Shown here: piece by piece, positions 1 to 12,569 of the stretch
Layout of the letters: every line of letters starts with the position of its first letter
Numbering within the stretch: the first letter of the stretch is position 1
Assembly (NCBI RefSeq): GCF_963921235.1
Contig: NC_086108.1
Location: 70,558,001-70,622,000, forward strand
Origin: Mobula hypostoma
Taxonomy: Eukaryota
Direction of reading: 5' to 3'
DNA: 64,000 nucleotides
Notes under the pieces: model-generated
Seen by the model: only the letters and a program-made list of their open reading frames with translations
Databases searched by the model: none
What the model was told of the DNA's origin: nothing
Made by a program: the position numbers and the translations under genes

Positions 1-368
1 GGGAAACTCAAAAGAGCCAAGTATATTTTCAGATCAATTGCAAATGTTAGGTTCTTCTGCACATTCAATTCTTCAGTTTTTCTTACTTTAAAATATTCAG
101 CAGATCAGGTAACAATTGTATTAAGGAAAGAGAAACAGGTGATGTCTCAGGTCAAAAGTTACAGATTTTTAACATTTTCTGCTTTTGTTTCAGATTTCCT
201 ATATTTGATTTTTTTTTACGTGTTATATGCAATTACTGGCTTAGGTCTAGTGCTTCCATAAGGCAAAAAGGTTCAGTGTAAAATGTTTCTCAATAACTTC
301 TGTGTTCAACTTTACAGAGTTGTTCAGTGCTGTGACAACATTGTAACAAATTTCTTTTTGCTACTTAG

Positions 369-528
369 CGGAATTGGTTGTGGACAAAGCGATGGAGCTG
401 AAATATATTGGCGGGGTTTATGGTGGGAATATTAAGCCTTCCCCGTTCCTTTGCCTGACTCTCAAGATGCTCCAGATTCAGCCTGAAAAAGATATAATTG
501 TTGAATTTATAAAGAATGAAGATTTCAA
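369..528 (+). CDS. PRPF38A: PRPF38A coding exon 2 (160 nt)
   Basis: ttag|CG...TTCAA|gtatgt; encodes ELVVDKAMELKYIGGVYGGNIKPSPFLCLTLKMLQIQPEKDIIVEFIKNEDF, the PRP38 domain. Exon 1 is not in the window. Confidence 0.97.
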
Positions 529-1049
529 GTATGTATGATTTTAATTAAACTGTAATGCTTTTAAATCTGTTGAGTTAGTTTTTGCTTTATCACTCTTAAT
601 CTACTTCACATAATTTCGATTATACTGTAAACATAATAAACTTACTTGAAAATCTGCTTGTGAGAGATGCCATTCTTAGTGACATTGCCTGCTTTTAGAT
701 GGAGAGCATTAGTTTGAATGGGAAACCTCTGCCTGTGGGATCTTTCTCACTTTAAGCTGATTCCTTCAAAATGGAAGAGTGAAAGATGTCACATTCTTTT
801 CCTCACCACACATTTTTTCAGAAGCACGATGAAACTGGAAATGATGTAATATTTATTACCGTGCGCTAACTAAAAATGATAAATTTTGTTTATAAATTGT
901 TGTCTATTGCTATCAACCTCTAACGTTGTATTGAGTATTTTATCAAGTTTCTCTTGTGCATTGTCTTCTAGCACAGGAAGTTCTTTAGTATCTAAGGTTT
1001 GCTAAGGGAAACAGTAGCTGAAGCATTCAACGATTGGCTTTCATTACAG

Positions 1050-1171
1050 ATATGTCAGATTGCTGGGTGCACTGTATATGCGGCTAACAGGCTCTGCTAT
1101 TGATTGTTATAAATACCTGGAACCACTTTATAATGACTATCGGAAGGTGAAGAGACAAAAAAGGGATGGAG
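1050..1171 (+). CDS. PRPF38A: PRPF38A coding exon 3 (122 nt)
   Basis: acag|A...GGAG|gtaata; YVRLLGALYMRLTGSAIDCYKYLEPLYNDYRKVKRQKRDG; phase consistent with its neighbours. Confidence 0.97.
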
Positions 1172-2105
1172 GTAATAATTCTAGTAATCTGAGTAAATAT
1201 GTTTTGAATCATTGTACAATAATTTACGAATGTTTCTATATTAGACTATCATTCTTTGATCACTAAGCTGTAAGGATAATTCTCTACATTGATATGATAC
1301 TGTTTTAGTTACAGTAACTTTGTGCATCATTATCTTTTAACTATGTATTCAAGTATTTATTCTTAAATAATGACGATTCAAGGTAAGTTGTAATGGTCAT
1401 CTTGAATCTAGCAGCGAAACTATTCTAGAAATTGTGTGCCTTTAATTATGATTGATCATGCCATAAAATTGTTTGTACCTTTAGTGCTTTCTTATCAACA
1501 TGGTGTTGAATGTCAGTTAGGAAATTGCCTCAAACATTACAATCTAAATCTTAAAAAAATAGAAAAATTATGAAGTCGAAGGCGATTTGGTGTGACTGTC
1601 AAGTATACACATTAAGTATGATGAGAGTTTTTGCTTCTTCTACTCTTTTAGGTAAAGAATCCCCTTCCCTTCTCACCTTCTGAGAAAAATCTTTTCCTTC
1701 CCTTCTATTTAATCTTGCTACCTGTTAATCTAATTCTACCTCCCTGGTTTTTGAACAATTTGTTAAAGGATATAGGTTGTTTCATACTCATCAGTTGTCT
1801 CCTTGCAGTTAAAGAAAACAACTTCATTGCTGTAATTTTGTTTAACTTAGTAACCAAAACATAAGTTTTGGTGTATTAATTTTTTTTCCCAAATGATTTG
1901 ATCAGTATTTAGAGCATGGTAGCAACAATCAGTGTGTTTACCTTTGTGTAAGATTAATCTATATAATTTATGCAGGTTTGCTACATAAATGTACGGTATC
2001 GGCAAGTGCTGGAAATTTGCGGAGTCTTTACAGCATTTTTTAGGTTTTCTTGTCATTGGTTTTGTATTTTTTTAAATCTTGCATTATCATGTTTTCTTCT
2101 TGAAG

Positions 2106-2191
2106 AGTTTGAACTAATTCACGTTGATGAATTTATGGACGAGTTACTCCACGAAGAGCGAGTTTGTGATATCATTTTGCCCAGGCTTCAG
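2106..2191 (+). CDS. PRPF38A: PRPF38A coding exon 4 (86 nt)
   Basis: gaag|AG...CAG|gtacaa; EFELIHVDEFMDELLHEERVCDIILPRLQ. Confidence 0.97.
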
Positions 2192-2959
2192 GTACAACTG
2201 ATTTTATTCTGTTGCATTGAACAGTATTTAACTGAAGACAAGAAAAGTTTTACTGTTCTCTCCACCCACAAGCCCTTCCATCCAAGTTCACAATCTTAAT
2301 GAAAAGCTACGGATCAGCTGAGATGAGGAATGGACTTGGAATGATCCCAGCAGCCATTTTTGATTCAATAACTTGTCACCATTTTCTCTCACTACTCCCA
2401 CATAAAGGGATGGGGTGTGTGTGCGGCTATTATGGCTGTAAAACACATGGGACCAAGCTCGCCTAAGAGACAGTACTTTCAAGCAAAGGAGAAAACATTT
2501 AGATGTCACATCATTTTACAGATTGGGACCCCTATTACAGTAGTGTGGACTGGAGGGTAGTGAACCATTTTTTTCCCTTAAAACCAAAACTGGTTCTCCT
2601 TGGCCTGATAAATTCAGTTAGAATTTACATTCCATCTTTGATTTCTGCTAAGATGAACTTGGCCTTTTTAACTGGTTCATTTGCTGATTTAATCACTTGC
2701 ATTGTGCTTTTGACCCCATGACAAACTCCACACTCTTGGAACGGATGAAACCATTCTAAAACCCAAGTCTCTTGTTCCATGCTGAGCTGAGTTTCTGACT
2801 TTGTATCCTCTCCCTATCCTGGTATCAAGCTGGTGACAAAATACATATGATTTCTTTCTGTATCTAATACATTACAGGAGAAATTTGATGTTTTTGGTAA
2901 ATGTTCAAAATATGGTCAATCCTCATGTCTTTATTTCAGATCAGTTTTTAAACAGTGTG

Positions 2960-3460
2960 AAATGAACGTAGAGCAGTCCATCGCACAATTTTGTGCTGAT
3001 CTATCTAATCATATTTCATGATCAGTCTGGCTCTTCCCTCCTAGACAGCTGATAACCTTCCTTTTTTTTTCCAACCGTGTGCCTGTCTAAGAGTCTTTTA
3101 AATGTTCTTATTGTGTCTTCCTCTACTACCAACCCCAGCAGTGCACTCCATGCATTCACCACGCTCTCTGTATATATTTTTTAAAAAACCTTCCTCTTGC
3201 ATCTCCCCAAACTCTCCTCCACTCACCTCAAACAGATGTCTTCTGGTATTAGCCATTGCCATCCTGGCAAAAAGATGCTGGCTGCCCACTCAATCTTATA
3301 CATCTCTATCAAGTTGCCTCTCATCCTCCTCCATCCCAAACAGAAAAGACTTGGCTCACTCAGCTTTTCTTCAGAAGACACTTTCTCTAAACTAGACAGC
3401 ATCTTAGGAAATCTCCTTTGCATCATCTTTAAAGCTTCTGCATCTTTTCGATAATGAGGT
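2960..3460 (-). mobile_element. CR1 LINE 3' fragment
   Basis: ORF remnant MQRRFPKML...RRMRGNLIEMYKI, typical of the CR1 ORF2 C-terminus; boundaries approximate. Confidence 0.8.
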
Positions 3461-3647
3461 GAGATTACTATCCAACCTAATTTTGATTTCTTTGTGAATG
3501 ATGAATCTTTTAATAAGTGAAACTCTTAACCAAATTATATTAAATCTTAAATGCATTTGACTCACGTGTTGTATGTGTTACAAATTGTACAGCTAAAAAA
3601 ATTATTGTACATTAATTGTAATGATTGCTGTGAATCTGATCATCTAG

Positions 3648-3755
3648 AAACGTTATGTGTTGGAAGAAGCAGAGATGCTGGATACACGAGTCAGTGCACT
3701 GGAGGAAGATATGGATGATGTAGACACAAGTGAAGATGAGGATGAGGATGACAAG
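3648..3755 (+). CDS. PRPF38A: PRPF38A coding exon 5 (108 nt)
   Basis: ctag|AAA...AAG|gtatgt; KRYVLEEAEMLDTRVSALEEDMDDVDTSEDEDEDDK (acidic stretch). Confidence 0.96.
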
Positions 3756-3764
3756 GTATGTACA

Positions 3765-5515
3765 TGGAGTCATAGAACACGACAGCACAGAAACAGGCCC
3801 CTTGGCCCGTCTAGTTCATATTAATTTGTCTTTCTGTCCAGTCACATCATTGCCCTCCATATCCCTCTTATCAAACTTCTCAAATGTTTCAATTGAACCC
3901 ACATTCACCACTTCCACTGGCAGCTCATTTCACAGTCGCACCACCCTCAGAGTGAAGAAGTTCCTCTCAGGTACCCCTTAAATTATTCACCTTTCTTCTT
4001 CGACCTATGACCTAGTCTCAACCAGCGTCAGGGGGAAAAAGCCTGCATCTCCTTAATCCATCTATACCCCTCATAATTTTGTATACCTCTGTCAAATCTC
4101 CCGTCACTCCAGTGAATTCCTAACCTATTCATCCCCTCCCTATAACTCAGGTCTTCAAATCCCGGCCACATCTAAGTAAATTTTCTCTGCATTCTTCCAA
4201 GCTTATTGATATCTTTCCTGTAGGTAGGTGACCAGAACTCCACACAATACTTCAAATTCAGCCTCACCAATGTCTTTTTCCAGGGGTCCCCAACCTTTTT
4301 TGCACTGCGGACCGGTTTAATATTGACAATATACTTGCGGACCGGCCGACCCTGGCGGGGGGCGGGGGGGGTGCGGTAGGGTTGCCAACGGACAAGAGTA
4401 GCAGTCAAATACGTTGTGTTTATCCCGAGGATGACTACAATGACCATGAAGCCTTGCACGGGCACTAGTACGCATGTGTGTTGTGACTTGCCGATTTTTT
4501 TCTACAAATCGTTTTTGCCGATTCTGTTCGGCGGGGGGGGGGGGGTGTTAATCACGACCGGAATATAGGTGATAAGTGGCTAATACACTCAATTTTGTTT
4601 CTAAAAGGGTTTATCTAACAAATTTAATATTAAATACACAGCGCATATTTTCCTCGCATGAATATAGTGATAAGTCAATTACCAGGAGAGGACGGGGATC
4701 TTGAAGTAAGTGTTGAACGAACTTCCAGTAGAAGTGGTAAAGGCAGGTTCGATATTATTATTTAAAGAAAAATTGGATAGGTATATGGACAGGAAAGGAA
4801 TGGAGGGTTATGGGCTGAATGCAGGTCGGTGGGACTAGGTGAGAGTAGCGTTTGGCATGGACTAGCAGGGCAGAGATGGCCTGTTTCTGTGCTGTAATTG
4901 TTATATGGTTATATAAGTCACTTGTAAGTCAATAGCATCATTACATTTTAAGTAACGTTTGGATATTAAACACACGGCACATATTTTCCCCGTATGAACG
5001 TATAAAATCATTGCAACACACCAAAATCACTGAATCAGTGGGAGCCCTGGGCTGAATACTTGTTTCCCTGCAACAAGACGGTCCTTTCAAGGGGTGATGG
5101 GAGACAATTTAGTTTTCGTTGCACTCATTGCAGAGGTATGTTGGAAATGGAAGCAACGTTTTCAGTGCTTTCGTGGCTATCTCAGGATATTGAGCCTTGA
5201 CTTTGATCCAGAATGCCAGCAGAGATATTATGTCAAACATACTTTTCAGCCCGCCGTCATTTGCAAGCTCGAGGAGTTGATCTCCTTCCCGTACTGACAT
5301 AGATGATGCGCGGGTAATGACCTCGTGTGAGTAATGACTCAACAGTGGGAGTGACAGAGAATGAGGAAAGGTTTCCTCGCAGCCTGGTAGCACATGCCAG
5401 TACCCGGTACCAGTCCACGGCCCGGATGTTGGGGACCGCTGTGTTATACAACTTCAACATAACACCCCAACTTATGTACTCAGTGCTCTGATCTATGAAG
5501 GGCAATGTGCCTAAT
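3765..5515 (-). mobile_element. CR1 LINE 3' fragment interrupted by a hAT element
   Basis: LVRLNLKYCVEFWSPTYRKDINKLGRMQRKFT remnant; CR1 sequence resumes at 5442 after the insertion. Confidence 0.8.
4281..5441 (-). mobile_element. non-autonomous hAT-Charlie DNA transposon
   Basis: TIRs CAGGGGTCCCCAAC / GTTGGGGACCGCTG; diverged 8-bp TSD tctttttc/tgttatac; hAT C-terminal dimerisation remnant FWIKVKAQYPEIATKALKTLLPFPTYLC. Confidence 0.9.
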
Positions 5516-6099
5516 ATTAAATGGATCACAGAAACCTAAAATAATTTAAATGTAAAAGAATGTTGCTGTACTTATTGAGTCCATTCTTGTGCCTTGTAAG
5601 AAGAATACAGCAAGTCCTAAGCCCCCACCTCTTGTTTACCTCTGCAAGTTTTTCCTTTCGTGTTGAATGCTGCACTTAAACTCCCTCACTCGCAGCCTTT
5701 GTCAGTGCATTTCGTTTCCAAGTTATTTACTATTTCATATCCTTTCCTCATGTCACATTTGTCCTTTTGCTGGTCACCTTCAGTCTGTAACAAAAACAGA
5801 AAATTATGGAAAAACTCAGCAGGTCAGGCAGCATCTTTGGAAAGAGTCAACATTTTGGCTCTGTGTTGTTGACCCAATATCACTCAAGTCTTCTGTCACC
5901 CACCCATACAAGTTAGTCAGTTAATCTTTCATTAGAATATAGTAAGAAATTGGAGCACCTGGGGGAAACACTTCCAGGGATACCAAGAAAACCACTTGAG
6001 GTTAGAATCAGATCCAAGTCACTGAGACGATGCAGCAGCAATGCTGTCTGCTGTGCTGCTCTTTTTATTCGAGGCTATTCAGTCATTCTGATAAGTGGC

Positions 6100-9000
6100 G
6101 ACTCTTTGTGTCCAACTACAATGGGGATCATCAAATTTTCCCATTTAGGACCACTACAGCAGAAATCCACAGTCACAGCCGGGGTACTTCAGTAAGCAAT
6201 ATCGTTTTAAGATGTTTAAAAAATCTATCAAATGCTAAGTCGGTGGATCTCCGACTGCAGGCTTGTGTCCCTTAAGAAAACATTTTCTTAAAGGGGAACT
6301 GTACTCACGACCCAAGTCTGCAGTCAGAGATCTACCAATTTAGCTGCAAGTGAAACAGAGTCCTTTGATTCCCACTCTCAACTATCCTGCTGGCAAACGT
6401 AGCCTTTGGAAAATGAAATTGAAGATTCAGAGCAAGGTTGCAGTACCGGAGGAGCATTAGGAGCTGCTGTGTGCTTCATAAAAATGTGGCTCATTCCCGC
6501 CATTTCAGATGCATACTGCAGCTTGATGGCTTCAGCATTCTCTGCAAAGAGTCTTTTAAAGGTAGAGGAGGGGGAATATGCTGTATGACAAACTGATTGT
6601 GGTACACAGACATGGGGGTTCTGTCTGAATCCTGCTCACCCGAAATAGAACATCTAGCCATCGGGTTTTGTCCATTTTATCTGCCGATGGAGTTTCTGCC
6701 ATCATTCTGGTAGCAGTGTACATTTCACCTCCGGCCAACATCAGCCAGACACTGGATGAGCTGAGCTCTGTGATCAGCAGTCTCGAAGCAGGGTACCCTG
6801 ATGCCTTCTCTATCATTGTGGGGGCATTTCAACCAGGCCAGCTTGATGAAGTCTCTGATTAACTACCACCAACATATCACCAGAGGGGCTAGCACACTGG
6901 ACCACTGTTATACCGCCGTCAAGAACACTTATCGTGTCATCCCTTTGGAAAGTTCAATCACCTGGCTGTACTTCTACTCCTGCCATATAGACAGACTAAA
7001 GACCAGTACCGGTGGTGAGGACCAAGAAGGTATTGTCCAGGGTGGTGGAGGAATGCTTACGGGACTGCTTTGAGTGACGGACTGGACAACATTCAGGGAT
7101 TCATCTTTGAATCTGAATGAATACACCACAGTTGTCACTGACTTCAAGACCTGTGTGGATGAGTGCGTGCCTCCTTTGAGAAGGTACCAGACATACCCAA
7201 ACCAAAAGCTATGGATGAACCATGAGATTTGTAGTCTGCTGAGGGCTAGATCTGTGGCATTCAAGGCTAGTGATTCAGAACAATAGAAGTCCAGGTACAA
7301 CCTATGGAAGTCTATTTTTAAGAGCAATAAACACTTCCATTTGGAGATGGAATCAGTTGCACATCAGCTCTGGCAAGGTTTGCAGACCATCACTTCCTAC
7401 AAAGTGAAACCTAACATAATGAATGACTGATGCTTCACTCGAGGAGCTCAACACCTTTAATGCATGCTTTGAAAGGGAGAATAAAACTACATCTGTGCAA
7501 ATCTCTGCAGCATCTGGTCTTGGAGGCCAACATCAAAACATCTTTGGTGTACCTGGTAGGGTTCTGAAAACCTGTGCCACCCTGCAGGAGTATTCAGACA
7601 TCTTCAATCTCTCACTGTTGAGGTTCCCATCTGCTTCAAAAGGGTGACAATCATACCCGTGCCCAAGAAGAGCAGGGTAATAATAACAGCCTCAATAACT
7701 GTCGCCCAGTTGCACTCACATTACTGTGATGAAGTGCTTTGCAAGGTTGGTCATGGCCAGAATCAACTCCTGCCTAATCAAGGACCTGGACCTGCTGCAA
7801 TTTGCTGATCACCACAATGGTCTACAGTAGATGCGGTCTCACTGGCTCTCCATTTGGCCTTGGATCACCCGGACAATAGCAATACCTATGTCAGGCTACT
7901 GTTTATTGATTACACCTCAGTATTCAATACCATCATCCCCTCAATTCAAATCAACAGGCTCTAAAACTGAGCCTTTGATTCTGTCTGCAGCTGTATCCTT
8001 GACTTCCTCATTGGGAAACACCAATCTGCAAATCAGAAATAAAATCTCCTCATTGACAATCAATACTAGTGCACCTCAAGGATGTGTGCTTAACTCACTG
8101 CTCTACTCTCTCTACGCACACAACTGTGTAGCTAGGTACACAGCATTGATAAGTTTGCTGATGACATGCCTATTGTTGTCAGCATTTCAGACGGTGACGA
8201 GGAGGTATATTGGAGCAGGACAGGTCAGCTGGTTGAGTGGTGTCACAACAACTTTGCACAGTAAGACCAAGAAGCTGTTGTGAACTTTAGGAAGGGAAAG
8301 TTGGAAATACACACCAGTCTTTATCGATAGATCAGCAGTGGAAAGGGTGAGCAATTTCAAGTTCCTGGATATCAGCATTTTTGAAGATCTATCCTGGGCG
8401 CAATATATTGATGCAATTACAAGGAAGGCATGACAGCCCCTATATTTCATTGGGATTTTGAGGAGACTTGCTATGTTACCAAAGACTGTCACAAATTTCT
8501 ACAGATGTACCATGTATCTAACTGGTTGCATCACTATCTGGTATCGAAGGGCCACTGCACAGGATCAGAAAAACATGTAAAAAGTTGTAAACTCTGAACC
8601 CTCATGGGCATTAGCCTGCCCAGCATCGAGGCTACCTTCAAAAGGCGGTGCCTCAAAAAAAGAACTATCAATCATTGAGGATCCCCATCACACAGCACAT
8701 GCTGTCTTCTCATTGATATCAACAAAGAGGAGGTACAGGAGCCTGCAGACGGACGTTCAACATTTCAGGAATAGCTTCTTCCCCTCTGCCGTCAGATTTC
8801 TGAATGGATAATGAGCCCATGAGCACTACCTTACTTCATTTTTTTGCCCTTTTTGCACTACTTATTTAATTTATATATATTTCTTGTATCATGTCAGGTC
8901 ACTCGTCTGAGTGCTACTGGTACCATGTAACCCAGTACTTACTACCTGTCGCATGGTCGGCGACTAACCCAGCTCCCCCATCAGGCTTGAACAAGACCTG

Positions 9001-9442
9001 TCAAAGGGCGGATGAACCCTCTCGTAGGGACAATGGCCATCTAGCAAACACGTGCCATGAAGCGCGGAAAGGGCATCCCTTGCATTGAAGCTTGGCCTGG
9101 CCATTCACTGCAACAGAACTTCCCCCAGCCGTCTTGGACCCCACCATGTCGCTGGATCCGGGAGGCGATGTCGAGAGGGTGGGTCTGGAACTGTACAACG
9201 CCCTACTCACCTAAATCCATTCACGCACATGCTGTTCCTTTCTGAGGAGCGGGGTACCACCCCACTAACTGACTGAAAGGAACCATTATCATCCTATGGG
9301 ATGGATAGCCAGAGAGAGAGATTTCTTGTATATTTCTTTATAATTTTTTATTATGTATTGCAGTTTATTGCTGCCATAAACAACTTAATTTCATGTTAAA
9401 AACAATTTAATATGCCAGTGATATTAAACCTTCTGATTCCTG
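6100..9442 (+). mobile_element. degenerate Rex1/Babar-type LINE (endonuclease and RT remnants)
   Basis: ILVAVYISP, TRGASTLDHCY, YPNQKLWMN, APQGCVLNSLLYSLY; 3' end aaaccttctgattc; 5' boundary uncertain. Confidence 0.8.
8890..9320 (+). mobile_element. 431-bp short retroposon (possibly an RTE-derived non-autonomous element)
   Basis: 11-bp TSD atttcttgtat (8879-8889 and 9321-9331); (AG)n 3' tail; CpG-rich. Confidence 0.75.
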
Positions 9443-9983
9443 TTGTGCCTTGAGAGATGTTTGAACTATTTTAGTGCAACATCACCTACTATCGATTTAA
9501 AACCCATCCACACTATATATATATATATATATATATCTATCTTCCCTTGCTGTGATTGCAGAAGTATCTTCTTTCAGAATAAAGACAGAATTGCAATGTT
9601 TATTTTATGCTTCAATAATTAAATTTCCTTTCTGGTTTCTGATTGTCCTATCTTCTTATAGACCATTTCCTGTTACATGCCTATAGAATATTTTTGTAAT
9701 TCCTTTTATACCTGATGCCTGTCTTGTCTCATGTTCTGACTTTGCTTCTCTTATTTTCTTTTTCACTTCATCTTAGATTTTCTGTAATGAACCTGTTTTC
9801 ACTTGTATTATTCAGTTATCTGCAAATGCATTTTAAAAATTGCCAGAGCTCTGTGGATGAATATCAATCATTCATAAAAGACTTAATCTTCCTGCTCATC
9901 TCTCATGAAAATGCATGCAGGCTATAGTTGAAATATCTCTACCTTGTTTGATTAGTCTTGTCGGCCAAGTTTTCATTTTAATA

Positions 9984-10752
9984 CAGTGGATTCTGATCAA
10001 TTGATTAATCAGGGCAGCTACTTATTTGGGACAACTCTTAAAGAACAAAAACTAATCAAATTGCCAGGATTCCCTTCATTTGTTTGGGACACTATACCGC
10101 TTAATTGGGGCAGGAGACTGTTGCTGAATAGTTTCTAACTAGTATCAGATGTCTGCACTTGTATAGCTGTGTTTAGAGCAAACAGTTTTTAAATAGCGTG
10201 AACTACACGTGTATGTGTTCAAAAAGCAGAGATTTTTGTCAGTCATAGTTGGTGAGACATAAGCACTAAGACAATTCTGTTTTGCTCACTGCGGTTTCAA
10301 GCATTTAAGATTAGAGATGCAAGAAATGCTCAAGAGTGAAAATGAAATGATTACACTACGTTAGTAAGTTAGGATCTATGAAAAAATTGAAGGTATCAAC
10401 AATTATCTTGAATGTTACAATGAAAATGAAGATTTGGATGATGCAGTTGTCAATAGTATTGTATGAAGGCAATCCATTATCTGCACTAGTGGTTTGCAGT
10501 GAATTTTGTTCATTACGAACATTAGATGAATTCTGTCGATGACTATTGGGAACTAATACAGTTTTGTAGCATTGTAGTCCTATGAGTAGTGTTCTAATTT
10601 GTTCTGCATTTCACTTGCATACATGATTTGTTACTTGGTTTTTTAAAACTTTTTTTTAACTATTTCCATGGAACTTAGGCTAATTAGGGCAGCTACTTAA
10701 TTTGGCCAAAATGTACTGGTCCCAGTGTCTCACAATTAATAGGAATCCACTT
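9984..10752. mobile_element. Tigger/pogo-like (Tc1-mariner) non-autonomous DNA transposon
   Basis: TA|CAGTGGATTC at the left end, GGAATCCACT at the right end; repeated subterminal gggcagctactta motifs. Confidence 0.7.
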
Positions 10753-10834
10753 TTTCAGGCTAAATCTGGCATCATCATCACATTTCTACATTTGAGTTGT
10801 TGATATCCTTTCATGTATCTATTTTACATCTAAA

Positions 10835-12495
10835 TTAGAGTCATAGGGCACTACAGCACAGAAGCAGGCCCTTTGGCCCTTCTAGTCAGTGCCAAACTAT
10901 TATTCTGCCTAGTCCCATCGACCTGTACCCAGACCGTAGTCCTCCATACCTTGTCCATCCCAGTACCTGTCCAAATTTCTCTTAAATGTGGAACCCGCAT
11001 CCACACTTCTGCTGGCAGCTTGTTCCACACTGTCACTACCCTCTTAATTAAGATGTTCTCACCCATGTTTGCCTCAAACTTCTCACCTTTTACCCTTTAC
11101 CCCATGACCTTTGATTGTAGTCTCACCCACCCTAAGTTGAAAAACCCTGCTTACATTTACCCTATCTGTACCTTTATAATTTTATATACCTCTATCAAAT
11201 ATTCCCTCATTCTCCTACACTTCAGTGAATAAAATCCTAACCTATGCCACCTTTCCCTATACTGTAACTCAAGTCCTGGCAACATCCTTGTAAAAGTTCT
11301 CTGCATTCTTTCAATCTTACTGATGTCTTTCCTGTAGGTAGGTGACCAGAACCCGACACAATACTCCAAATTAGGCCTTACCAGCATGTTATGTAACTTC
11401 AGTATAACATCCCAACTCCTGTACTAAGTGCTTTGATATATGAAGACCAATGTGCTAAAAGCTTGCTTTATAATCCTATCTACCTGTGATGCCATTTTCA
11501 AGCATCAGTTTTCCCAGATACCTGTGTTTTACTACTCCGCAGTGCCCTAATGCTCACTGTGTAAGTCCTATCCCGGCTTGGCTGCCATTTTTCAGCCCAT
11601 TTTTCCAGCTGGTCCAGATCCCACTGCAAGCTTTGATAGCCTTTCTCATTGTTCACTACATCCCCAATCTTGGTGTCATACACAAATTTGTTCTGTAATT
11701 TAATCCCATTAATGTGGTCATCCCTTTCTAATTCCTCAATTTCACCATATAGCTCAGTAGACGAGCTCTCAAGTCTGTTCTCTCCAAGTACTGCTGTGAC
11801 ATGACTATTATACTGGAGCAGAATTAGGCCATTCAGCCCATTACGTCTGCTCCACTCTTTAGTCCCGATGAAGGGTTCTGGCCCGAAACGTTGACTGATC
11901 ATTTCCACGGATGCTGCCCGACCTGCTGAGTTCCTCCAGTGTGTTGTGAGTGTTTGCGATCCACCATCCATCAATTCCATCATGGCTGATTTATTATCCC
12001 CCTCAATCCCATTCTCCTCTCTTCGCTCTGTAACCTCTGATGACCTGACAAATCAAGAAACTATCAACCTCCGCTTTAAATATATTCAATGACTTGGCCT
12101 CCACATCTGTCTGTGGTAATGAATTCCACAGATTCAGCATAAAGAAATTCTTCCTCATCTTTGTTCTAAATGGGTGTCCTTTTATTCTAAAGCTGTACAC
12201 TCTGGTCCTAGACTCCACCACATCCTCTCTATCTAGTCCTTTCAATATTTGATATACTTAGCTGAGATTCCACCCCCCCCCCCCCATTCTTCTAAACTCC
12301 AGCAAGTAAAGGCCCAGAGCCATCAAATGCTCCTCATACATTAATGCTTTCATCCCTGGAATCATTCTTGTGAACCTCCTCTGAATCTTCTCTAATGCCA
12401 GCAAATCTTTTTAGATAAGGAGCCCAGAAGTGCTTACAATACTCTGTGCAGTCTGACGAATGCGTTAAAGCCTCAGCGTTACATCCTTGATGTCC
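10835..12495 (-). mobile_element. two CR1 3' fragments with a small Penelope pLTR fragment (about 11858-11960) nested inside
   Basis: ORF remnants MLVRPNLEYCVGFWSPTYRKD, YDTKIG, NLWNSLPQ. Confidence 0.8.
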
Positions 12496-12569
12496 AAGTG
12501 ATAAACTAGTCTTTAATCTGTTCTTTAAAAGATATATAAAAGGGATATACATGTAGTTTTATAAATAAG

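Noticed and set aside
1617..1684. C-box ATGATGA ... D-box CTGA spacing like a C/D snoRNA
   Set aside because: No terminal stem, and the region looks like a decayed CR1 3' end.
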